In this document: positions 50,438 to 61,302 of the stretch, piece by piece
Layout of the letters: each line of letters opens with the position of its first letter
Position numbering within the stretch: the stretch's first letter is position 1
Assembly (NCBI GenBank): GCA_026023565.1
Contig: JAPETS010000004.1
Location: forward strand, 682,001-746,000
DNA length: 64,000 nucleotides
Reading direction: 5' to 3'
Source: Cirrosporium novae-zelandiae
Taxonomy: Eukaryota
Position numbers and translations under genes: made by a program
The notes under the pieces: model-generated
Databases searched by the model: none
Told to the model about the DNA's origin: nothing
Seen by the model: only the letters and a program-made list of their open reading frames with translations

Positions 50438-51685
50438 ATGATCCTCGACAACGCTCTAATATTCCTGGTTCTATCGGTTACCTTCATCGGAGGTTCTCTC
50501 GCCGACCGCGGTGACTCCAATGACTTTAACGGCTTCAATGGTTTCGGCAGTTCCAATGACGATGATAACTCTGATAGTTCGGACAGCAGCTCCAGCTTTG
50601 CCCCTAGCGCAAGCTCTTCAGCAACATTTAGCAATTTCAGTTCCTCGAGTGCCATCGCCTCAGCCTCAGCCTCTGCTACGTCAAGTTTTGACAGTTCTAG
50701 TAATGATTTGGTTCTTGACTCGGATGCTGTGCAGACAGGTAGTCAGAGTGATGGGACACAAGCGTCTGGAGCAGAGGATGGACAAGCGGCCAGTCAGACG
50801 TATGTTCCCATTCAGCCGAAAGAAGTCGATAATAGCTAACATGAGTTATCTAGCGATGCTGCGAACTTCATTAATTTTTGTGCTGGCAAAACATTAACCA
50901 ACGGTCTCCAAGTAGAAGGCGGATCTTGTAATGGTATTGGTAAGTATCTGTGCTTGTCCCACCATCCCATAATCTCAATGTTAACATGAATTTTTAGTGA
51001 TGGGTGACATCCCTTCCACCGGCAGCATGGTGTCCACAATCATCACCAGTCCCGAAAACAACGAAGACGTTGATGCCGACAGCGACTTCACCGTAGAAAT
51101 GCAAGTTTCCAATCTTGCTGCTGGCTCCTTCACCAACCCCGATGTGACCTATTACGCTGCTCCCCAGGAACTTGATGATAGCGGCAGTGTCATTGGCCAT
51201 ACCCACGTCACCATTCAAGATATGGGAGATAGCCTGAACCCATCGAGTGCGCTAGACGCCACCCAGTTTGCATTCTTCAAGGGGATTGACGATGCGGGGG
51301 ATGGAAATGGAGGACTTAGTGTGGACGTCACCGGTGGATTGCCAACGGGCAATTATAGGGTCTGCACCATGAGCAGCTCAAGTAATCATCAACCGGTCCT
51401 TATGCCTGTAAGTCTATTATTCTACCTCATTCCGCTCAGAGGTAACACCCCTTGACTCACACCTATTGCAACATATAGATCGCCCAACGCGGCGCCCAAG
51501 ACGATTGTGTTCGCTTCACCGTCGGTCAAGGAAGCAGCGATGATAACAACAACAAGAAAAAGAAGAAGAGAAGTGCCAAAAAATCCGTCACCAAACGTAG
51601 AGTTAAGCCCAATGGTGGTGACAAAAAGAAGGAAATGAAATTTAAACCCAGAAGCAGGTTTATGGAAAGACAATTCATTGCCTAA
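50438..51685 (+). CDS. Secreted Ser/Asp-rich fungal protein of unknown function (4 exons)
   Basis: Signal peptide; NFINFCAGKTLTNGLQ..GSCNGI, MGDIPS, GHTHVTIQ, FFKGID, YRVCT..NHQPVLMP..AQRGAQDDCVRF. Confidence 0.8.
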
Positions 51686-52165
51686 GTTTGAGATGGTGAT
51701 AGGATAGTATGTGCACAAAAGACGGTTTCTATACACACAAAGACTCCGAGGAATCAAAGAATTGTATTAAAGGATAAGATGTACTTAACTGGCTTTCCTG
51801 GGGGGGGGGTGGAGTTTTAAAGGGGAATTTTTATATATCTATCTACAGCAATTGCGTTTGACTGTGTTTAGCTTGTTTTTTTTGGTTCAAATGCCATGCC
51901 ATGTATGGCAAATTTACAACCGTTTTTGTTACGGTTCCCCCTACAGTATCAAACTGCACGATTAGGTTACTTAGACCGCTAGGGCATATCTATACTATAA
52001 TTATCCTAGTACACCACCCTTTACTGTATAAGCTGAGGACCATATATTTTACCTAGATAACCCAACCAATCAAATCAATCAATCATTCTTACCATAACAA
52101 GTTATTCATACCCTACTACTAGTCTAGGCGTTATATAACACATTTACAGTTATAGTTATTGTTAT

Positions 52166-52192
52166 TGTTTGTTTGTTTGTTTGTTTGTTTGT
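52166..52192. repeat. (TGTT)n microsatellite
   Basis: Read directly from sequence. Confidence 0.9.
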
Positions 52193-52662
52193 TCGTTGTT
52201 GATATTTGTAAAACCGTATCCTCCTCAAACAACATCTCAAGGTCTACCGCAAAAAATAGGGTAATAAAAATCTGAAAGTCCATATATCTATAAAAGATAC
52301 TTAGAGAGAAAAAAGTCTGAAGGTTTCTTATATAAAATAACCTTGGGCCATATATATATACGTACACTTCGGGAATTCTCGGTTGTTGTTATTCATGATC
52401 TGGGTGGTGTGAAACCGAGCCATCTGTATTAAAGCCTGGAATCGACTTTTGCTAGGCCCTCCTGACACATACCTGATTTATTTAGTGGGCTTTCGTAGAC
52501 GCCTGGATTTTTCATGTGCGGCTATAAGGTGAACATGACAATGAATACTACGATATGAAGGATAATACACGTGCGATATTCAGTTCGTAATTAACAATGT
52601 TTATCATTTTCATCATGTTAACTGTATGTCTCATGGCCTCGTATGTTCAGCTCGAACGTTGG

Positions 52663-54237
52663 TCAGTAAATGAATCTGAATTTTGGATGTGCGTCTCCCA
52701 TATTATCGGAACCGGCAGACTCAATCCTCCAATCTAGCTTTCCTCGTTCGCGTCGTCTGTTCTCCCACCATAAGCCACCCAAATATACCGTGGCAGAAAA
52801 TCCTGACATCAGGCCGAGAGCTAAGCATGTCCCATAACCAGTGGGGTATTCTGGCGCTTCGGATGTAATGAAGATGAAGGCGGCGATGATACCACCGACA
52901 TTACCAACACAGTTTTGGAAGGCTATTGCCCACGCGCGCTTATAGTGACCTGAACAGTTTGCCAGGAGCCAGCTCATGGAGATGGAGAGGTTGGCATATA
53001 TGCCCGATACGATAAAATATAGAGCCATGTACCGGGCACCCACTGGTACGTGGTGCTGGCATAAAAGAATGATAAGTCCAATGATGACGAATGTCATACC
53101 TATCATATAGAAAACGCAATTTCGATTAAAGCGTTTGCAGAAATGGGTGGAGAATATGAGGAAGATGGCCGCAAAGGCGTAGATTGGGATTGAGCGAACT
53201 TGGGCGGTTGAAGCAGACCAGTGAAGTTGGTAAAGAATTGTTGGAGTAAAGAATGCTAGGCAATACGCTATTGTGGAAGGACCGAAGAATACCATGGTCC
53301 CAACATATATTTTCCAGTCAGACACAATATATTTGAAAGCTGTTTTGTCAAAGTGGTCCATTCGACCAATTTCGTGGGTTTCCTTATCCTCCCGAAGTCG
53401 TCGGCGTAAGACCGCTCGTTCGACTTTTGTGAGGAAGTAGGGGCCTTTCCCCTTCTTGTCCTCAAGCCAATCGGGCAACCAGAATTTCATAATGATAGCA
53501 ACAACACAGGTGACGCATCCCTCTATAATGAAAATCCAACTCCAGCCTCCGTAACCAAAAATTCCATCCATATGAGCAATGGCAAATGCTAAAAGGCCGG
53601 CGAAAGCACCAGCCACCAAGGCGGAGGACAAGTACCAGCCTATGCGCGAGGCGATTTCAGCACGCTGATAGAACATGGAGATCATATATTTGCCTGCGGG
53701 ACCAAGGCCTGATTCGAAAATTCCGAGGACAAAGCGACAGGCAAGAAGTGCTCCATAACTCTGAGCAAGACCTTGCGCAATTGTCATAATCCCAACTCCG
53801 AAGAGGAGTATACTGAGAACCCATGATGGAGGGAATCGCTTCATGAGTAGGTTCTCAGGGACTTCAAACAGAATGACAGGAATGAACAGCAGGAAAATGG
53901 CCATATTGTAATCTCTCCCCTTCATATGGAGATCCTTTTCCAGTCCTTGTATTCTATAGATTATATTTAGTAAGGTCTTAAATATGATTACTAAAATATC
54001 TGCAGCCAAGGTTTTTTTGTCATGCTCAAAATGAAGGACTCACCTGGCGTTGCCAATATTGATACGGTCAAGGAATGAAAACATCCATATGATGGCGTTC
54101 GGGAGTGTCACGAAAAGCTCGCATTTTCGAATAACACGTTTCTCGATAACAACGAGTTCTGCATCCGTTATGCTTTCGGGATCGAAGTGTAGTTCCTCGT
54201 GATCTTGAACCACTGGCTTTGCTGTATCGGTAGACAT
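52663..54237 (-). CDS. MFS anion:cation symporter (Tna1/Dal5-like), 2 exons
   Basis: FSFLDRINIGNAR|IQGLEKDL, RFVLGIFESG, GWSWIFIIEG, GDAHPKFRFIY. Confidence 0.9.
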
Positions 54238-55027
54238 TGTTTTTTTACTTTATACGGGAATGGGTTTGCTGTTGGCTGGGTTTATGTGAACTTGGATGAA
54301 TGACAGGCTGATAGTGTTTCATTTACGCAACACCAGTCAAGTGAAAACATACCTGTAGGCTTTGAGGAAGAAAGGTATGGATGATGACAGAGCATAGCCA
54401 TTTTATATTCATCTGTTTCCAAGTTCGAGGCTTTTGAGCCAAACAATCCTCGTTATGTAACAATAGGCTTTTGATATAATGGTAAAGATTTCGTAATACT
54501 CGAAGTCAGGAGAAGAGATAGAATAGCCGAAGTGGGTGGTTTAAAGGTAGCGATGGTGGGAAGACGATACGAGTGAAACATAGTGGTGGGTTGCCTTTGG
54601 ACATGAAAGAAGATAGACAAGACTTTGAAGGAAAAGGGAAGGAGGTAGACGAAGTAGATGCAGCCAATAGCTTTGGACTATGGGTTTTCAGCTCGGTTAC
54701 AGAAAAAAATAAATATTGGAACAAAAGATAATGCTGTGTAAATAACCTTTACCAATCCGGGATTCCTGGGGGGGGATATTGAATGTGTTCCTCAAGAGTA
54801 CTGTAGACTAGATGAAGAGAAAAGGACAGCCACTGACGGAAGGGGAGAGAAGCTGGATGATCCCCACATGAAGAATTATGAATTATGTCGAGTAGACTAT
54901 CATAGTAAATAATTTGCTTTGTTTGCTTTAATTAATTAATCTTATCTGACTGGTCCTTATCGATAAGAACTCGTCATCTGGTCAGTGCCACTCACCAACT
55001 CACGTACCTTAAGTTACTAGTGGAGTG

Positions 55028-55058
55028 TGGTCAAATGGTCAAATGGTCAAATGGTCAA
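55028..55058. repeat. (TGGTCAAA) x4 tandem repeat in the MOT1 promoter
   Basis: Read directly from sequence. Confidence 0.9.
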
Positions 55059-55236
55059 TTGGCTGCCAGTTCATCAACAAATCCACTCTCCTAATCTACC
55101 GTACTTTTGTAAAAATCCTCCCTCATGTCTCTGATTTTTCCACCTCTCCTCCACTCCCCCCCCCCCCCCTCCGCCTCCTCGGTATTTTCTTCATTTTTCT
55201 AAATTAATCAAATCAACTATACGTCAGGACGTCACC

Positions 55237-56619
55237 ATGTCTTTCTTTCGCCGTTTCCTTCCTTCTTCCGCCGCTAATTCTCATAACCTTTCGACTCTTA
55301 AAGCTAATCCTTTGAGTGAGCTTTCAGGGTCTTTGGGCGATCTAGGGACCTTGCTTCCGCTTCTAATTGCCCTAACCATCAACTCCTCCATCTCTCTCTC
55401 CACCACCCTTATATTTACCGGCATTTTCAACATCCTGACGGGTCTCTACTTCGCCGTTCCTCTCCCCGTCCAACCAATGAAAGCCATTGCTGCTGTTGCA
55501 ATCGCCAATAAATACTCTAAAGAAGATGTAGCAGCTTCCGGCCTGCTCATGGGAATAGTTATATTTATTCTGAGTGCTTCGGGTCTGTTGGCAGAATTAG
55601 CTCGAAGGATACCTTTCCCGATAGTCAAAGGCATCCAGGTGGGAGCTGGCATCTCGCTTATCATCTCAGGAGGATCGTCTATGCTCTCGAAACTACAGTA
55701 TACGGGTCCTTCCATGGCTGATAATCTCATTCTTGCTATGATATGCGCCCTCTTCCTCCTCTTAACGACCTTTTCTCCATCCAAGCGGTTTTCTCTACTT
55801 CCTACAGCACTTATTCTTCTCATCATCGGTCTTCTCCTTGCTCTTGTAGGCCACCCTAACCTACCTCGTCCAGCCCTTTGGCGCCCAAAAGCTCTCTCCA
55901 TCCCAGCAAAAACTTTTGCCTCTCCTGGTCTCCCAACGATGTTAGGCCAGCTCCCTCTCACACTCCTAAACTCAGTTCTCGCTGTTTGTGATCTCTCTGC
56001 CTCTCTTTCCCTTCCGCAGCCTCCCGCTCCTGTTCCTATAACCCCGTTAGCTATGTCTGTCGCGCTCATGAACCTTTCGTCTTGCTGGCTTGGAAGTATG
56101 CCTGTGTGCCATGGGTCAGGAGGTCTGGCTGCACAATACAGGTTTGGAGCGAGGAGCGGATCTAGTATCGTGATTTTAGGAATTATTAAGATGCTCCTAG
56201 GGTTGATTTTTGGTGATACCCTTGTGGAACTTTTACAAAAATTCCCTAAAAGTCTCCTAGGTGTTATGGTTATCGCTGCTGGAATTACTCTCGCCTCTGC
56301 AGGAGAATCTCTCAACGTCATAACAGAAGCACGAGATCTACGCTCGACCTATATGCTGGGTGATGACTATCGTATCCTCGAAAGTGGACTGAATCCCAAA
56401 GCTGAGGAACTCGCAAAACCTGAACGTAAGAAACGCTTTACGATTATGTTAGTGACTGTGGCAGGCCTTCTTGCCTTCAAAAATGATGGTGTAGGTTTCG
56501 TCGCTGGTTTGATATGCCATTACAGCTTCATGCTTGGGGAGTGGTTCGACTCGAGACAAAGAGGTATTCAACTTATAGATAACGAAGAGGCGTTGCTCCG
56601 GGGACCGGATGAACAGTAA
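55237..56619 (+). CDS. MOT1-family molybdate transporter
   Basis: ELSGSLGDLGT, PVQPMKAIAA, MPVCHGSGGLAAQYRFGARSG are the MOT1 signature motifs. Confidence 0.88.
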   Translation: MSFFRRFLPSSAANSHNLSTLKANPLSELSGSLGDLGTLLPLLIALTINSSISLSTTLIFTGIFNILTGLYFAVPLPVQPMKAIAAVAIANKYSKEDVAASGLLMGIVIFILSASGLLAELARRIPFPIVKGIQVGAGISLIISGGSSMLSKLQYTGPSMADNLILAMICALFLLLTTFSPSKRFSLLPTALILLIIGLLLALVGHPNLPRPALWRPKALSIPAKTFASPGLPTMLGQLPLTLLNSVLAVCDLSASLSLPQPPAPVPITPLAMSVALMNLSSCWLGSMPVCHGSGGLAAQYRFGARSGSSIVILGIIKMLLGLIFGDTLVELLQKFPKSLLGVMVIAAGITLASAGESLNVITEARDLRSTYMLGDDYRILESGLNPKAEELAKPERKKRFTIMLVTVAGLLAFKNDGVGFVAGLICHYSFMLGEWFDSRQRGIQLIDNEEALLRGPDEQ

Positions 56620-57284
56620 CATCATCGATGATATTGGATCCAATGAGTATAGATTGGATGAATGGACGATGATGAGATGATGATGATGATGCATCATGAG
56701 TATGAGCATACAAGATCAAATTGAGAAAATAGATCTTTGGTGGAGCATAGCATTGCATAGCGTGACAGCATTTGAGATACCATATATCCTCCTTTGGATG
56801 AAGCATGCCGTGGATTTAACTTGGACTTTACAATTTTCAAAAAAAGGGTTTTTTATTATTATTATTTCTTGGGAACAATTGGTACAAATTTTTTTTTTCA
56901 ACTGGAAATGATCCTACTGGTTTTCGGTTTTTGACTGGGCGTTTTCCAACATGGCCTGAGGGCTTGCTTGCATAGGGAACGATATATATCCAATTTTTTT
57001 TATATAACTTTACTGAAAATGAATGAAGACCTTCGTCATATCGGATTCCTTAACTCGCCGGTCTTTGCCTACCTTTACCCCCCCCCCCCCCGGTTAGTTC
57101 AATCCCAAATACTAACACCAGTAATTAAATTCAGGATAATTAGGACAAATCATATCCAACCAATGAGCTAAACCACCTCTAACTATCTAATCAGTTTGAT
57201 TAGAAACACAGCGCAAATAGCTTCATTAAATCAAGCTATGAATTTGATATAGATATATCTTGTACGTGTGTGTGTTAGTAAACA

Positions 57285-57715
57285 TGATGGGTTAGGTTGG
57301 GTTCATTTAGCTTATTTCGGAAGGGAGAGAGGGAGGGAGGGATATAATATTTAAATACCTTATGCCCCATCCATGGTCAGCCAGCCATAATGGAAGTGGG
57401 GAGAAGATTATTGTTGCTGAAGATGATGGGTTTGGCTGGGTCCATTCAGCTTATAGAAAGAGGAAGGGATATATATTTTGATTTCTCATGCCGATGGTCA
57501 GTCGTATGAAGCGGGGAGAGAGAAAACATTATTACTGAAAATAATAGATTGGGTTCATTCAGTTTATATAAAAATATATATATATTTTATTCTTTATACC
57601 CATGGTCAGCCATATAAAGTGGGGAGAGTGTATATATTGTTGCTAAAGATGAGTTTGGTTCATTCAACTTATGGAGGGAGGAGTAGAGGAATATTTTATA
57701 TTCCTTCATTCCCCC
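57285..57715. repeat. Degenerate tandem array, about 3.5 units of 105-139 bp
   Basis: GGTTCATTCAGCTTAT-like block at 57300, 57439, 57552 and 57657, with ATGGTCAG and GYGGGGAG blocks in order. Confidence 0.8.
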
Positions 57716-57931
57716 CGTCCCGTCTTTTTTTCTTCTATGTTTTTGAAAAATGTGAAGAGGAAGGTAAGTCATTCATTGAATGATAATTTTATTTTTATTT
57801 GTCCCGCATGTCGCCTTTCGGGGCTATGGCTATGGCTATGACGGACATCAGAAGGGTAGTTAGTTCATTATCTTGACCGTAGAGGCTTCCATTAGTGGAG
57901 ACCAATATTAAATATTCGTAACAGCACCATT

Positions 57932-60203
57932 TCATCCACTCTCGTTTCCTAGGGTTGATAACTCCTTTAGGAAAGTTTCGGCGTTGACAATCTCGGTACT
58001 TCCATAAACAACATGTCTTCTTGGGCTTGCTCCTCCTCCTCTGCCACCACCTACAGCTGATCCTCCTCCACCCCTAACATTACCTCCTCTGTCGTCCCCC
58101 CCCGTTCTCTGTACCCAGTCTTGGAGATTTCCGTATTCATCTACACTCCCACCCCCAACAACAAACACTATGCCCTCACTAAAGCCCTGTCTTCGCATCC
58201 CAAAACTAGCAGTTACCCCAGGTTGTTGTCCGTTATCTATTCGAGTTCTATTTGCTGATGACCCGGGCATAATTCCTCGGGCACCACTTGATCTTGGATC
58301 AAAATAAAGATAGTTCTCCGTCTTCGCAATGGAATCGCTTGATGCCGTAGCAGGATCCATTAAAGATTGTGTGATTTGCGTGAGAGTGAGGTCTTTGTTT
58401 GCAGGAAGGAAATTCTTGACCCCAGCAATGAGAGAATCAAGGTTAGGAAGGTTGAGATTGGTAGTATCTTTTATGTGGGAGGTTAGACGGCTAGAGAGAC
58501 TACTGAAGCCTCTGAGAAGGTTTGGTTGTTGAGATGGGGCAACTTCAGTGGTTGAAAGCATTGTCATACGTGTGATTTCTCGGAGGCCTTTGACATAAGT
58601 GATTGGGGATGTATCTGTTACGCCGGCCGCGGTTAGTGCATCGGTGAATTGCGTAAGCTCAGCACGAGTGAGATCCGACTCCATTGTTAGATACCAGATG
58701 ATGAAGAGGCGGAGTTTATCAATAGGATTAATGCCTTTGGAAGCATCATTGATAAATTCGAGTATTTGAACCTTTGCTTGCTTGGAGATCGATTCTTCAA
58801 GTTGATAGAAATTATCAAGCTGCCGATCTTTGATACCAGTGAGGAGCGCCGCCAGGATATTCATATGCATATCCAATGTGGCTTTTCGTTCGCGGAGTTC
58901 GGGCAACATCGTTATAGCTTCTTTTAGGTGAGCAGTAGGAGCATTTGTGTCGTTTTGGAGATCGTCAAGCGAAGAAGCACCTGTCCTGCGGGTAATATCA
59001 TTGGCGTCCTCTTTATAGCGAGTTAATTCTGCGTCGATGTCCTCCGCGACTTGAGGGAATGGAACATTCGCATTTCGAGCCCAGAAGAAGTCATTCGCTG
59101 TTAGATCATAAGATTTAGGCTTCTCCTTGGAGGGGGTAGAATCGGGGGTTGTTGGAGGTTGTACCGTGATCTTATTCAGACGCATCTGAAGGACGTCATT
59201 GACGAGGGATTGATAGGTCCATGAGTGAGAAAGCATAGGAACTAGATCAACATTTCTATCAACAATTATCAGGACTGGCCGGGAAGAAGGTATTCCGGCC
59301 GCATTTGATCGCTGGTTTGCGCTTGAGAAGAGGTTATCCTTCGAGTTTAGAATGTGATCTCGCAATTTTCTGTCCAGTTTCTCCGAAATAAGCTGACCCG
59401 CCCCTCCTTTTGGGCATCTTATGATTGGTATTGCACCCATCGTCACGGCTACACCGAATAAAGAGCTTACGATTCGGTCAATCACTTTGTCTATGTCACC
59501 GTCCGAGGTCTGGGGGCTGTTCATGGTGGTGTAGACCTCACTTCCCATTCCCAGACTAAAAAGATCAGGCTCACCAACGATAAAATTCAAATATTGGTCA
59601 TATACTTGTGCTATACTTTCCGATGTTCCCGATGCTGCGATTTGCGCCGCGAATTCTTCGAGAAGTAGCCGTGGCACAGAGGAGAGAAAATTGATATAGG
59701 CCGGGGAATAAAGATTTTGTGAAAGATCCTCATTGATGTGCTGAAGGTTTTCAGGTGTAGGCTCAAGGAGGTAAAGTACAGGGACGTCTGGTATGGGATG
59801 TCTTTGCGAGTTTATATGCACTATATAAGTTAGAAGACTAAACACTTCTAATATTGGATTGAACATCTCACTGCCGGATGCCTACATACAATGAATCGTC
59901 ACTCCCCATGATCTAAGGTCATTGACTCGCAGCACACTGCTAATGACATCCCGTCCTAAATTATCAAATACCAACACTTTCCATATTGGGTCTCCGTCTG
60001 CGTTAAGGATAGGCGTAGATGACGGTATGATTCCAGTAGATGCAGCAGGTTCATGATGATCTTCAGATGTTCTCGGAGGTTCTTGATTTAAATTTAAGAT
60101 TTTCTCAATCATAGCTAGATATCTATTAGCAGCTGCACCATTACGAGTTGCTAGAGAACTAACTTATCTGACGGTCTCGCAGAGACTGATACTGCGAGGC
60201 CAT
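57932..60203 (-). CDS. SLY1: Sec1/Munc18 family ER-Golgi protein Sly1 (3 exons)
   Basis: SLRDRQI, WKVLVFDNLGRDVISSVLRVNDLR, RPVLIIVDRNVDL, HSWTYQSLV, VFVVGGG, YGSTE. Confidence 0.94.
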
Positions 60204-61302
60204 GTTGAATCACTGGTTGGTCCTTAAACGCCACGGCGACTCACCAGTAATCGTAATAACGTACAGCACTCTACCCCTAAAGCGCGGCGCTTCTAGATTG
60301 GGGCACAGGTTGGTCGTTGGGATTTATCCTGCAGAAGCAATGGTTTGCGCCAATAGCCACCTGTCAAGCTCTGGGTCTTGGTGGTAACGGGATCCGTTAG
60401 AAACTCTCCACATAAAGGAAGGACAAATATAGGACCAGCAATAGTAGGTAGAATATATGTTTTCCAGAGCTATGAATGGAATTTTGACAGCTGGCCTCTG
60501 ACCAAAAGGGTCAGTCTGTACCTTCCAAAGAGAATAGAGTTGCCTATTTGTTCGAATGGATGGCCGTTATGCCAAGCCCGCGGCAAAAATCCCCCGTCCG
60601 ATCTGTAAGTTCCTCAGCTCAGTCACAACCTAACTTCGTCTTCATCAATCCTCCCTGGACTCGCCTTCTTCTTCTTACAGCCCTCAAAAGTCATTAATCT
60701 CCTGGAGTTCCTTGTAAATACAAATATTGGTGATTTGCCAATGAAATATTGCTCGTGAATTCGTTTGATGAGCGATCAAGCACTCTGTGGACGGTAGGGA
60801 TCGGTGCAGGGAGACTGAAACTCAAAAAGCGTTGGGGAGGGAAGGTTCAGAAAGCAAGGGATCGAGATATCAAAGGTATCGGAAGCTATCATTCGAGTGC
60901 TGGTGATGAGAGCAGGCTGGGGGTATCGAGGTCTTTCTAAGCTATCAGCGAGCCAGTTGATGGTGTGAGAAAGGTCCTTGCTGGGTCCGTATATTGTACT
61001 TGCCCTGGTTGTTCAAGGCCGCAAAGAATTCGCAAGCTTCCCTGATCAAAAGCTCAGCTGAAGCACGAGAACAGTGCGGTTAACAAATTCTACTTCAAAA
61101 TTCCCCGTTAGGAATCAAGGCGAAACCTCAAAAGGCCGACCATATTCAATTGCTCCACTGCCAACTCGCGCGTTTACTTCGAGCTCAAGTGCAACTTTTG
61201 CTTGGTATAGTGTCTAGCCCCAATACGGTTAGTTCTATACGCCACACTTATTCTGCCACAACAAACCCAACACCAGCCGCATTTTGTGGCGTAAGCAACA
61301 CT

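Noticed and set aside
55446..56321. 291-aa ORF on the - strand
   Set aside because: Antisense shadow of the MOT1 transporter
57285..57715. CRISPR-like array
   Set aside because: Eukaryotic context, degenerate repeats, related rather than unique spacers, no cas genes
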